A stretch of 64,000 nucleotides of DNA from Candidatus Tectimicrobiota bacterium. GTDB taxonomy: Bacteria > JACPUC01. Positions 17,283 through 27,071 of this stretch are shown one piece after another (position 1 is the stretch's first letter; the number at the start of each line of letters is the position of its first letter). The position numbers and the translations under genes are program-made. Below the pieces are notes generated by a model, which searched no databases, was not told the DNA's origin, and saw only the letters and a list, made by a program, of their open reading frames with translations. The DNA lies in contig JACPUC010000009.1 of assembly GCA_016192455.1 (NCBI GenBank), positions 1 through 64,000 on the forward strand. The letters are read 5' to 3'.

Positions 17283-18284
17283 TCACCCCTTGGCGCACTC
17301 GGCCGCCAGCTCGAGGCAGGAGAGGTGATCCTGGAAGCACATGCCGTGGCGCTCCTGGGGGTAGATGAGCGGCTCGATGCCGGCCTTCATGTATCCCTTC
17401 AGCTTGTCGCGCATGTGATCCTTGCTGAGGCCCAGGGTGAAGGTGTTCACCATCTCGTCGGTGACTTCCTGCAGCGCCGCTTCATGCTTGTTCTGATCCC
17501 ACAGTCCTTTCACCTTCTGCGCCTTGTCCAGGAAGCCCTCGCTCTTGGCGATGAAGTGGTAGTGCTCGGTAGCGCAGTAGAAGGCCACCTTCTTCTTGGT
17601 GGTCTTCACCGCCTCGGGTTCGCCGAGCTCGGGACAGGTCATCGACAGGGTGCTGATCTTCACCGCGTCGGGGTCGCGTCCGGCCCGCTTGGCGCCGATG
17701 GCGAGGTTCTCCTTGATGGTGGCGACGTGGCGGTGATTGAGGAAGTTGACCACGATGCCGTCGGCGACCTCGCCGGCAAGCTGGGTCATCTTCGGCCCCA
17801 GGGCGGAGAGGTAGATCGGCATCGGCTCCTTCAGGGGGCGCTCGCGCAGGTAGAACTTGGTGATCTTGAAGAACTCGCCGTCGTGGCTGACGCGCTCGCC
17901 GGTGAGGAGCTTGCGCATGATGACCACCGTCTCGCGCACGCGCGCCAGGGGCCGCTCGATGGGGATGCCGTGGCCGCGCACCATGAAGCCCTCGCCGCCG
18001 GTGCCCAGCCCGATGCGCACCCGCCCGCCGGTCCAGACGTTGAGGCCGTTAAAGGCCATGGCGAGGAGGGTGGGGGTGCGGGAGTAGACGTTGACGATGC
18101 TCGTCCCCAGGGTCAGCGCGCGGGTGAGCGGCGCCACCGCGGCCAGCACCGCGAAGCTGTCCTTGCCGGAGTTCTCGGCCGGGGTGAAGGCGTCGTAGCC
18201 GAGCTCCTCGCAGCGCTTCGCCATGGTGATGATCTCGTCCATGGTGATGTCGCCGGTGTAGAAGACCGTTCCCAGTTTGACCAT
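17283..18284 (-). CDS. LLM-class (luciferase-like) flavin/F420-dependent oxidoreductase
   Basis: LGTSIVNVYSRTP, GGRVRIGLGTG, PIYLSALGPKMTQLAGEVADG. Confidence 0.88.
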   Translation of the reverse strand: MVKLGTVFYTGDITMDEIITMAKRCEELGYDAFTPAENSGKDSFAVLAAVAPLTRALTLGTSIVNVYSRTPTLLAMAFNGLNVWTGGRVRIGLGTGGEGFMVRGHGIPIERPLARVRETVVIMRKLLTGERVSHDGEFFKITKFYLRERPLKEPMPIYLSALGPKMTQLAGEVADGIVVNFLNHRHVATIKENLAIGAKRAGRDPDAVKISTLSMTCPELGEPEAVKTTKKKVAFYCATEHYHFIAKSEGFLDKAQKVKGLWDQNKHEAALQEVTDEMVNTFTLGLSKDHMRDKLKGYMKAGIEPLIYPQERHGMCFQDHLSCLELAAECAKG

Positions 18285-18472
18285 GCCGTTGCTCCCCTCT
18301 GATGGGCCCGCGCGACGGCATTCCGTGCCGACTCCCGGCGCCCGCCGCTCCACCCCCCGACCTTACCACTCCGCAGACCGCCCCGTCCCACCCTCCATCA
18401 TGACCCCGGCACGACGACCCCGGCACACCATCCAGGGCGCCGCGCGGCACCCTCGTCCCCACAGGGGCCGTC

Positions 18473-19270
18473 TCAGCGCTTCCCGCGATCCTCGATCGAC
18501 TCGACGGTATACCCCAGCTTCTCCAAGGGCTTGTCGCCGAAGCCGAGGGTGCTCGGCGTCTCGCCCGAGATCTCGCGGTCGAGGCGGCGCACACCGCGCG
18601 TCGCGGTGACGCGGGCGCTGGCCGCCGCCTCGCTGCGGGCGCGGGATGGGTCGAAACTCTCGTAGTGCACAATCTCGGCGAGAGGCCGGCGCTCCCGCAC
18701 CTCGCGCCGCAGATCGGGCCAGCCGATGGCGAGGATGGTCTCGATCCGGTAGCCGGGCGGAATCTCGAACAGCGCCAGAAGCTCCTGCTCGAAGTGCCGG
18801 CCCATCGACAACCACGTGGCGCCCAGGCCTTGCGCCGCCGCCGCCAGGAACATGTTCTGGATGCAGGCCGCCATGGACTGCTGGTAGATGTCGTAGCGGT
18901 AGTAGAGCATCGGGTAGGTGCGGTTCAGGCGGCGATCCCCCGCCACGACGATGAACACCGGCACGTTGAAGAGGTACGACAGGTCGGGCCAGGGAAAGCC
19001 CTCCGGCCCCGCATCGCGCTCCTCGGAGAACTTGCGCTGCTGCGAGTAGATTTCGGAGAAGCGCCGGCGGCGCTCGGCATCGCGCACGACGATGAACTCC
19101 CACGGCTCCGAGCTGCAGCCGGAGGGCGCCCAGCGACCGGCCTCGAGGATATTCGTGATCATCTCCTCGGGCACCGGGTCCGGCTCGAAGAGGCGGCAGC
19201 TCCGGCGTTTCCGCATGATCTCCAGGAGATCGTCAATGGTCGCGGACGTATCGAGCACGATGCGGCCCAT
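18473..19270 (-). CDS. Nitroreductase family protein
   Basis: RRSCRLF, WAPSGCSSEPWEFIVV, QNMFLAAAAQGLGATW. Confidence 0.88.
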   Translation of the reverse strand: MGRIVLDTSATIDDLLEIMRKRRSCRLFEPDPVPEEMITNILEAGRWAPSGCSSEPWEFIVVRDAERRRRFSEIYSQQRKFSEERDAGPEGFPWPDLSYLFNVPVFIVVAGDRRLNRTYPMLYYRYDIYQQSMAACIQNMFLAAAAQGLGATWLSMGRHFEQELLALFEIPPGYRIETILAIGWPDLRREVRERRPLAEIVHYESFDPSRARSEAAASARVTATRGVRRLDREISGETPSTLGFGDKPLEKLGYTVESIEDRGKR

Positions 19271-19448
19271 GGTTGCCCTCCTCTCTGCGGAACCCTGCCC
19301 GCCTGGCGCGATTCGGCACGGCGCTGCCGAGCGCTGGTTTCCGCCTTGCGTTACGCCGGCCTCCGGCGCTTTCCGCCGTGGCGACCGCGCAGGCCGTTGC
19401 CCGTGGGGTGGACCGGGCGCGGCGGCGAAGCAAAGGCGTGCGGCGCGC

Positions 19449-19775
19449 TCAGCACTCCGCCAGGCGGCGCAGGAAGACCTCCATCTCCTTCACGGTCTGC
19501 AGGTCGCCGTTCTTTTTGGCGACCTCGATGCCCTTGATGAAGGTCTCGCGCGCCTTGTCGATCTGCTGCGTGTCGCGGTAGGCGCAGCCCAGGCCGCGGT
19601 AGGCCACGGAGTAGTCCGGCTTCAGCTCCAGCACCCGCGCGAAGGCGGCCGCCGCTTCGGCGTGGCGCCCTGCCTTCTGCAGCTCGGTCGCCAGGCCGAA
19701 GAAGACCAGCTCGTCATTGGGGTCGAGCTCCGCGAGCTGCTTGAACTGCTCAATGCGCTCGTCGTTCGCTGCCAT
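19449..19775 (-). CDS. Tetratricopeptide repeat protein
   Basis: ELDPNDELVFFGLA and LELKPDYSVAYRGLG TPR patterns. Confidence 0.82.
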   Translation of the reverse strand: MAANDERIEQFKQLAELDPNDELVFFGLATELQKAGRHAEAAAAFARVLELKPDYSVAYRGLGCAYRDTQQIDKARETFIKGIEVAKKNGDLQTVKEMEVFLRRLAEC

Positions 19776-19870
19776 GGGGATGGACCGTCCTGCGCGGGTC
19801 TGCGAGACGTTGGCAGACGCCGCAGCCCTGCACGGTTTCACGTCGGCTGCCCCGGAAGCCGACGAGGTGC

Positions 19871-20102
19871 TAGGGGCGGTTCGCGAACCGCCCCTACGGT
19901 CGATGGGCTGGATGCCAGTCCCACCATCTCTGCGCTCTCAGCGTCTCCGCGGTTAAATGGATGGCGCCGCCGAGACGCAGAGGACGCGGAGGAAGGATGA
20001 ACCACGGATAGACACGGATGCACACAAATATCAGTGTCCATCGGTGTTCATCCGTGGTTCCTTGCATACCGATGGCAGGTGCGCTTCGCGAACCACCCCT
20101 AC
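19871..20102. repeat. Composite intergenic repeat cluster: REP, CAGAG-arm hairpin, CAGAT-arm hairpin, degenerate REP
   Basis: REP 19871-19897; inverted arms 19928-19952 and 19967-19991; inverted arms 20000-20029 and 20030-20059; REP-like 20075-20102. Confidence 0.85.
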
Positions 20103-20146
20103 GGTCGTCCGCCATTGCCTGCCCCGTGCCGCCTGGGGAGCGTGGC

Positions 20147-20851
20147 TCACGGCGCCGCCAGGCGACGGCTGCCGTCACCCTGGTAAACGTACTCGATGGT
20201 CACGCAGCCGCCATCCTTGCGGTTGCAGTAGTAGTTCAGGATGCGGAACTTGGCGTAGCGCCCGTCCGCCGTGCGCACCGCATAGGTGTGGTTCTTCGAC
20301 TTCAGGGTGAAGCCGAGGGGGTTGTAATCGTACCACTTCTGCGGCAGAGGGTTCTCCGTGCCCATGCGGTCGCTGCTCTTCACGTCCAGCGCGTAGCCGC
20401 CGGCCGGCGCTTCGGTGACGCGTGCGAAGTCCACCGGCCCCAGGTCGATGAGGCCGGCCTGAGCGCGCGGGTTCGTGGCGCCCCCATTCGTCTTGATCTT
20501 GTTCCTGCGGAAGGCGATATCCCAGTCGAGGCCCTCCTCATCGCCGGCGACGACGCTGCCGCGCGAGAAGTCGAAGTGCGTCCACAGGGTCTTCGAGCGC
20601 GCATCAACGGTGTAGACGAGCGGCCCGACGAGCTGCGCGCCGGCCTCCCGCGGCGGCCGCGAGGTGGGCTGGTAATCGCCGCGGTCCTCGCTGCTGATGG
20701 TGGGTCCGCAGCCCGCCGCCAGGAGCAGCACGCCGCACAGCAGCACGCCGAGCAGGCGCCGCGCCCCGGCGCGCCCGCGCTGGAAACCTCGCCCCGCAGC
20801 CACGCGCCGCGCTCCGCCCCCCGCCGCGTCAGCCAACCAGTTCTTGGGCAT
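20147..20851 (-). CDS. HmuY-family lipoprotein
   Basis: Lipobox LLAAGC; WDIAFRR..IKTNGG, WYDYN, YAVRTADGRYAKFRILNYY. Start uncertain. Confidence 0.8.
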   Translation of the reverse strand: MPKNWLADAAGGGARRVAAGRGFQRGRAGARRLLGVLLCGVLLLAAGCGPTISSEDRGDYQPTSRPPREAGAQLVGPLVYTVDARSKTLWTHFDFSRGSVVAGDEEGLDWDIAFRRNKIKTNGGATNPRAQAGLIDLGPVDFARVTEAPAGGYALDVKSSDRMGTENPLPQKWYDYNPLGFTLKSKNHTYAVRTADGRYAKFRILNYYCNRKDGGCVTIEYVYQGDGSRRLAAP

Positions 20852-21941
20852 AGGAAAAGGATGTCGCCACCGCCTCGACCATGGCCGCCAGGTAGTCCTG
20901 GGGACTGCGGCGCGCGGCTTGCTGGGCGCCCTTCGAGAGGCCGCAGATGCGCAGGAAGACCTCGAGGTACGCGCGCAGTCCCGCGAGGTAGAGCGCGGCG
21001 GCGTGGGCGCCATCATCCGCCGCCCGCAGGATGCTCTCCGCGGCGACACGCCCCGTGTACAGCGAGCCGCCGATCCCCTCGCCGATGATCGGCAGCATGA
21101 GGCCGCCGGCATCGCCGATGAGCAGGGCATTCCCCTTCGCCGGCTGGAAGCTCCCCTTCAGGTAGGCGAAGTAGAGGAGCGCCGTGCCGCACCCGAGGCG
21201 ATGCGTGCTCTCCTTCGGCAGCGACAGACCAAAGACCTCCTCGACGAACTGCATCGTCCAACGATCGACCTCTTCCTGCTGGCCGCGGCGGAAGCCGATC
21301 TCATAGACGAGCGTGCCATCCTTGATGATGACGTCGCTGTAGAGCGGCGCCATGCCGGGGTGGGTGAGGCAGTGGAACCAGCGCGGCGCCACCCGTCCGA
21401 CTTCGGGGTACCATTTCTCCAGGCCGTGGCTGTACCGCACCTGGAGGTCGGGCCAGAGACACTTGCGCACGTGCGAGGAGGCGCCGTCCGCGCCGACGAC
21501 GTAGCGGCAGCGCAAGGTCTCCTCGGCGCGCGGCGTCTTCACCCGCACCGCATATCCATCGCCGTCCTGCTCCACGTGGCGCAGCGTCGTCTCGTCGCGC
21601 ACCGTGGCGCCGGCCTCAACGGCGCGCTGCGCGCACCAGGCATCGAGGTCGCGCCGCCAGGATTGGTAGGTCTCGTGCTCGACCGGCGCGCTGCCCGCGC
21701 CGGGGACGTGCACCATCCAGCCGCGCACCTCGGCCGGCTCCGCCAGGACCTCCCGCGGGAAGCGGCCGAAGATGCGCCGCAGCTCGCTGATCCCCACGCA
21801 CATGAGCATGCCGGTGCAGGTTTTGTCCCGCGGCAGTTTCTCCCGCTCCAGGAGTAGCACGCGCAGCCCCGCCTTGGCGCAGAGATAGGCAGCCGCCGCG
21901 CCGCCCGGGCCTGCCCCGGCAACGATCACGTCGTAGCTCAT
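20829..21941 (-). CDS. FAD-dependent oxidoreductase, geranylgeranyl-reductase family
   Basis: YDVIVAGAGPGG, PRDKTC, VVGADG, LIGDAGG...GEGI. Confidence 0.87.
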   Translation of the reverse strand: MSYDVIVAGAGPGGAAAAYLCAKAGLRVLLLEREKLPRDKTCTGMLMCVGISELRRIFGRFPREVLAEPAEVRGWMVHVPGAGSAPVEHETYQSWRRDLDAWCAQRAVEAGATVRDETTLRHVEQDGDGYAVRVKTPRAEETLRCRYVVGADGASSHVRKCLWPDLQVRYSHGLEKWYPEVGRVAPRWFHCLTHPGMAPLYSDVIIKDGTLVYEIGFRRGQQEEVDRWTMQFVEEVFGLSLPKESTHRLGCGTALLYFAYLKGSFQPAKGNALLIGDAGGLMLPIIGEGIGGSLYTGRVAAESILRAADDGAHAAALYLAGLRAYLEVFLRICGLSKGAQQAARRSPQDYLAAMVEAVATSFSYAQELVG

Positions 21942-22061
21942 CGGGATCACAGAGCTTCCTCTTCCCCCCGGCAACGAAGATGTCCTGACGCTCCTCTTTC
22001 ACCACGCTGAAGCGCCGCGCCGCATCTCGCGGCAGAGGGGTCGAGCGAGCGGCGTACCACC

Positions 22062-22961
22062 TCAACGAAAGTATTCGGCGCGCGTCGTGGGGCAAACCTG
22101 GATGCTCCGCAACTCCTTTTCGCGCAGGACGAGCAGCTCAAAGGGCTCCCCTGGGTTGCGGCGCCAGAGGTGCTCGTAGTAGGCCGAGCGGCTGCTGATC
22201 TCCTGGTGATCGAGCTCCATCACCACATCCCCCGCCTCGAGGCCGGCGGTCTCAGCAGGGCTGGCCGGGGCCACCCCAAAGATGACGATGCCGTTGGCGT
22301 GCGGCTGGACATAGGTGCCGAGCCAGGGACGCAGGCGCTTGCGGCGAGTGGCCCCATACTTCTGCATTTCCTCGCTGATGGCGCGGTAGCAGTTGATGGG
22401 GATGGCCAGGGTGCTGCCGCGCACTTCGTTGAGGTTCAGCGACACGACGCCGATCATCTCCCCGTGATAGTTCACCAAGGCCCCACCCCCGAGACCTGGA
22501 TTGACGGCCGTGGTGCGGATCGCCTTCTCGAGCTTGTACTCCCAGTACGCCTCGAAGCCGCCAAGGTCGGTGATGAAGCCGGTGTTGATCTTGCGCTGGG
22601 CCTCGCCCGCGCTGGCCACGGCAAGGGTCTCCTGGCCGATCGCCGTGGCATCCGAATCACCTAGGGGCAGCGCGGGGAGGCCGCGCTCGCCGACGCGCAC
22701 CACCGAGATGCCGCTGTCGAAGTCATGGTCCACAAGCTCAGCGCTGAGCTGCTGCTTCTTCGCCAGCGTCACGCTGATGCGGCTGGCGCCCAGGACGATA
22801 TAGCCGGCGGTGAGGATATAGCCCTCGGGATGCACGATAGTGCCGGTGCCCATGCGCTCGTTGCCGAGAATCTGGCTCGAGGGGTTGCTGGCCGGGATGC
22901 TCGTATGGAGCGTCACGATGGTTGGCAGGACGTTCTCGACGAAGCGCAGATAGCCGTTCAC
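22062..22961 (-). CDS. S1C/HtrA-like trypsin-fold plus PDZ protein with non-canonical active site
   Basis: GTGTIV..GYILTAGYIV, LPLGDS, AVNPGLGGGAL, PWLG, SPAETAGLEAGDVV. Confidence 0.85.
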   Translation of the reverse strand: MNGYLRFVENVLPTIVTLHTSIPASNPSSQILGNERMGTGTIVHPEGYILTAGYIVLGASRISVTLAKKQQLSAELVDHDFDSGISVVRVGERGLPALPLGDSDATAIGQETLAVASAGEAQRKINTGFITDLGGFEAYWEYKLEKAIRTTAVNPGLGGGALVNYHGEMIGVVSLNLNEVRGSTLAIPINCYRAISEEMQKYGATRRKRLRPWLGTYVQPHANGIVIFGVAPASPAETAGLEAGDVVMELDHQEISSRSAYYEHLWRRNPGEPFELLVLREKELRSIQVCPTTRAEYFR

Positions 22962-23493
22962 CGGGGGCTCCAAGTTTCATGCTCGCCGGCTCGTCCGCCG
23001 AGCCGGGCTGCCCATGGCGCAGCTTTCCTTCTCGGACCCTCTCTCCACGCGCTGCCGGCGCGCCGTCCCCAGCGTTCAGGCCGCAGGCGCGCCCCTGCGG
23101 TTCGGCCGCCGGCGTGGAGCAGTAGCGGAGTTCTGAATGTAACAAACCACCGCCGGCGATTCAAGGAGCCCCCCGTTCGGCGTCCTCGTCAGGCTGTGCC
23201 GCGGAAACGCCCCAAGCCGGATTCTCCCACGCGCTGGCGCCGGGCGTGATGCGGACAACCACCGCTAGAGCCCGCCAGCGGGCTATGGTAGTGTTCCTGA
23301 TCCAGGCGCCCCTTGGTGCGCCCGCTTCGTTGCCGCCTGCCGCAGCCGGGATGGAGCGGAGGGACCCCTCCCTCGCGCCGCCGTCGCCGCCGGCTCGCTC
23401 CCTGGAACAAGGCGCGGAGGGTGGGGGAGGCGGAGGGATCACCGTTCCCCTGCGAAATGCGCCCCAGCACGACTGCGGCGCGGGAGATCGACC

Positions 23494-25092
23494 ATGAGCG
23501 CCGGCCTTCCTCAAACAGTGCGGGCTCGGCACGGGATGGCCGCATCGATTCATCCCCTGGCCTCGGAGACGGGGGTCGCCATCCTGCGCCGCGGCGGCAA
23601 CGCCTTCGACGCGGCGGTTGCGATGGCGGCGCTGCTCAACGTCGTCGATCCGCACATGACCGGCATCGGCGGCGACGCCTTCATGCTGACCTACCACGCC
23701 GCCGGCGGCAAGGTGGAAGCCCTCAACGCTTCCGGCCGGTCCCCCTACGACTGCTCCCTGGAGTACTACGCCGGCCTTGGCTGGCAGCAGATTCCCGTCA
23801 CCGGCATCCACGCCGTCAGCACGCCGGGCGCCCTCGACGGCTGGCTGCGGCTCCTTGAGCGCCACGGCAGCATGGCGCTCGCCGACCTCCTGGAGCCGGC
23901 GATCCGGGCCGCCTTCGACGGCTTCGTGGTGAACCGCTACCTGGCGGGGTGGTACCGCCATCCTCTGTTCGGCATGAGCCGCTGGGCGCGGTTCCCCGCC
24001 ACGGCGGCGACGTACCTGACCGACGGCCAGCCTCCCGAGGCGGGGCAGCGCCTGCGCCAGCCAGCCCTTGCCGGGACCTTGCAACGCCTCGCCAGGCACG
24101 GCGCCCGCGACTTCTACGAAGGTGAGCTGGCGGAGCGCATCGAGCGCTTCTGCCGGCAGCAAGGGGGGTTCTTGACCCGCCGCGACTTGCGCGATCACCA
24201 GAGCGACTGGGTGGAGCCGATCAGCACGATCTACCGCGGCTACACCATCTACGAGTTCCCGCCCAACACCCAGGGGATCGCCCTGCTCGAGCAGCTCAAC
24301 ATTCTCGAGGGCTTCGATCTGGCGGCGCTCGGCCCCAACAGCGCCGAGGCGATCCACCTGCAGATCGAAGCCAAGAAGCTGGCCTTCGCGGACCTCGAGC
24401 GCTACATCACCGATCCGGACGCCGCCGCCATTCCCGTCGCCGGCCTCCTTGCGAAGGCCTACGCGGCGCGCCAGCGCGAGACGATCCGGCGCGACCAGGC
24501 CGCCGCCAGCACGCCTCGCCTCGATCCCGCGCTGAGCACGCTGGAGAACACCACCTACTTCTGCGTCGTGGACGCGCAGCGCAACGCCGTCTCCTTCATC
24601 AACAGCCTGCGCTCGCCCTGGGGCTGCGGCCTGGTCGCGGCCGACACCGGCATCCTGCTGCAGAACCGGGGCAAGGATTTCTCCCTCAACCCGCGACATG
24701 TCAATCGCCTGGCGCCGCACAAGCGCACCTTCCATACCCTCAACCCGGCCATGGTCTTGCGCGATGGTCAGCTCGTCCTCGTGCTCGGCTGCGCCGGCGC
24801 CGAGCAGCAGACCCAAGCCTTGCAGCAGCTCCTCGTCAACGTCATCGACTTCGGCATGGAGCCGCAGGAGGCCATCGCCGCGCCCCGCTGGTCGAGCGCC
24901 AGCGGTCTGGAGATCGGGCTGGAGGCGGGGATTGAGGCGCAGGCGCGCGGGCGGCTCGCAGCCAAGGGGCACCGCCTGGTGGAGACCATCTCCACCTTCG
25001 GGCAGGCCCAGATGATTGCCGTGGAGGCGCAGGGCGGGGGCTTGCGAGGCGGCACCGAATCGCGCGCGGAGGGTCTCGTCGCGGGGTACTGA
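23494..25092 (+). CDS. ggt: Gamma-glutamyltransferase family protein
   Basis: GGNAFDAAVA, TGIGGDAF, PPNTQG, NTTYF nucleophile region, QNRG, KRTFHTLNP. Confidence 0.92.
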   Translation: MSAGLPQTVRARHGMAASIHPLASETGVAILRRGGNAFDAAVAMAALLNVVDPHMTGIGGDAFMLTYHAAGGKVEALNASGRSPYDCSLEYYAGLGWQQIPVTGIHAVSTPGALDGWLRLLERHGSMALADLLEPAIRAAFDGFVVNRYLAGWYRHPLFGMSRWARFPATAATYLTDGQPPEAGQRLRQPALAGTLQRLARHGARDFYEGELAERIERFCRQQGGFLTRRDLRDHQSDWVEPISTIYRGYTIYEFPPNTQGIALLEQLNILEGFDLAALGPNSAEAIHLQIEAKKLAFADLERYITDPDAAAIPVAGLLAKAYAARQRETIRRDQAAASTPRLDPALSTLENTTYFCVVDAQRNAVSFINSLRSPWGCGLVAADTGILLQNRGKDFSLNPRHVNRLAPHKRTFHTLNPAMVLRDGQLVLVLGCAGAEQQTQALQQLLVNVIDFGMEPQEAIAAPRWSSASGLEIGLEAGIEAQARGRLAAKGHRLVETISTFGQAQMIAVEAQGGGLRGGTESRAEGLVAGY

Positions 25093-25196
25093 TCTCGTCT
25101 GCTGGAAAAGCCGTGCGGGAGGGGGGGGCAGCGCGGCGACCTCGGCGCGGAGACTGCCGTGGGGGACCCTCGATCCCCCACCCGCCGCCGTCACGC

Positions 25197-25361
25197 CCGT
25201 GTCGTCTCCCCTAAATTCCATCAGGTAATTTTGCGAGGGGACCTTGTCCCCTCGCGCAGCTCGCGGGGAATGAGGGTATGGGGGAGCATGGTCCCCCGCG
25301 TCTCCTTCCAATGCAGCGTGCGACGTCGCGCCTTGGTTAGCGAACTTGTGAGCAACACGAG
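25197..25361. mobile_element. MITE-like element, copy 2 (~165 bp), opposite orientation
   Basis: Its reverse complement shares, in order, cacaagttcgct, catgctcccccatacc, gcgcgaggggacaaggt.ccctcgca and tggaa.tta.ggga.acga with 14909-15191. It lies between convergent ggt and MBL genes. Confidence 0.7.
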
Positions 25362-25378
25362 GCGCCGCCGCGGGGCGA

Positions 25379-26761
25379 TCAGCCCGGCAGGGGCAGCGCC
25401 TGTTCGTTCCAGGCGTTCATGCCGTTCATGACGTTGGTGACGTTGTCATAGCCGCGCTGGAGGAGGATGCTCGAGGCCAGGCTGGAACGGTAGCCGGCGG
25501 CGCAGATGACGGCGACGGGGCCGTCGTTCGGCACCTCGCGGTAGCGCTGCGGCAGGGAGCCGACCGGGATGTGCAGGGCAGCCTCGATGTGGCCCGCGTT
25601 CCATTCGCTGTCGTTGCGCACATCTACCACGTGCGCGATCTCACGCCGCCGCAACCGCTGGCGCAGCTCGTCGGCGCTGATCTGGGGGAGGTGACGGAGC
25701 GGCAGGCCGGCGCCGGCCCAGGCGTCAATGCCCCCGGCCAGGTAGCCCTCCAGCCGGTCGCACCCCACCCGCACGAGCTGCCGCACCAGGATCGGGATTT
25801 GGTCGTCCTGCTCCGCCAGGAGGAGGACCGCGGTCTCCTCGCCAAGCACCGACCCCGCCCACGTCGAGAAGCCGCCCCCGGCGCCGATGCTGTAAGCTCC
25901 CGGCACATGGGCGGCGGCGAAGCGCGCCTGCGGGCGCGTATCCACCAGCACGGCGCCGGCCGCCAGCCGCGCCTGCACCTGCCGCGCCGACAGCGCCGGC
26001 GGCTGGGGAATGCCCCCCAGCACCCTCGGCCCTTGCCGGTTCTGGCGCACCATGCGGATGAAATACGCCGGCGTCTCGGGAACGTTCTCCACCATGGATC
26101 GTATGAAGGCGTCTTGGCTCGGGAAGTTCAGAGCGTAGTTCTCGCGCCGCTGGCGGCCGAGGGTCGAGGAACGCTCATCGCAGATGACGCGGGCGCAGAG
26201 CGAGCCGGCGCCGTGGCCAGGGTAGACCTCGACCTCGTCGGGGAGCTTCAGGAGCTTGTTGAAGAGGCTGTCGTGGAGCTGCCGGGCAAGGTTTTCGGCA
26301 TGCTGGGGACCAAGGAGGTCGACGCGCCCCACATCGCCGATGAAGAGGGTATCGCCGGTGAGGAGGCGGGTGGGGACGGTGGCGCTGGCGGAATCGTAGA
26401 CGGCCAGGGTCATGCTCTCCGGGGTGTGCCCCGGCGTGGCGAGGGCCTGGATCACCACGCTCCCGATGGCGATGCGCCTGGCGTCGTCGAGGGGCAGGTG
26501 CTCGAACTGGGCGTTCGCCGCGCGCGCGATGCAGATGGCCGCGCCGGTCCGGGCAGCCAGTTCGCAGTGGCCGGCGACGTAGTCGGCGTGCAGGTGGGTG
26601 AGAAAGGTATGGGTGATGGTGAGTCCGAGACGCTGGGCTTCGTCGAGGTAGAGGTCGATGTCGCGCTGCGGGTCAACCACCGCGCAACATCGCGCCGTCT
26701 CGCAGCCGACCAGGTACGAGGCATGCGCCAACCCTTCCAAAAAGAACTGGTGAAACAGCAT
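25379..26761 (-). CDS. MBL-fold hydrolase fused to two rhodanese domains (persulfide dioxygenase/sulfurtransferase-like)
   Basis: THLHADY, TPGHTPE, TGDTLFIGDVGRVDL, PGHGAGSLC and C-terminal ICAAGYRS. Confidence 0.9.
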   Translation of the reverse strand: MLFHQFFLEGLAHASYLVGCETARCCAVVDPQRDIDLYLDEAQRLGLTITHTFLTHLHADYVAGHCELAARTGAAICIARAANAQFEHLPLDDARRIAIGSVVIQALATPGHTPESMTLAVYDSASATVPTRLLTGDTLFIGDVGRVDLLGPQHAENLARQLHDSLFNKLLKLPDEVEVYPGHGAGSLCARVICDERSSTLGRQRRENYALNFPSQDAFIRSMVENVPETPAYFIRMVRQNRQGPRVLGGIPQPPALSARQVQARLAAGAVLVDTRPQARFAAAHVPGAYSIGAGGGFSTWAGSVLGEETAVLLLAEQDDQIPILVRQLVRVGCDRLEGYLAGGIDAWAGAGLPLRHLPQISADELRQRLRRREIAHVVDVRNDSEWNAGHIEAALHIPVGSLPQRYREVPNDGPVAVICAAGYRSSLASSILLQRGYDNVTNVMNGMNAWNEQALPLPG

Positions 26762-27071
26762 CCGGTGCCTCCTCAAGGCCAGCGCGCGCCGCCAGGTGGC
26801 CGACCGTTGCGCACCCGCCGAGAGGCGATGCGCGGCGCGGGCCGGGCGCAGGAATTGCCGCGGAGGCCGCACCGCTCGCCGCTCTCCCAGCCACGGCGCC
26901 ACCTCCTGTTGGGAGGTTCTTTGGCAGGCGGGCGAGGGAATACGCCGGCGGCGTCATGCAAATTGTCACTGGAACAATTGTACCCGGCTGGCTCACCTCT
27001 TTTCAAGGGATTCCCCGCCGCGTGTCTCCGCACGCGCGGGACGCCCCGGGAGCAATGCGGAAGAGGCGCCC

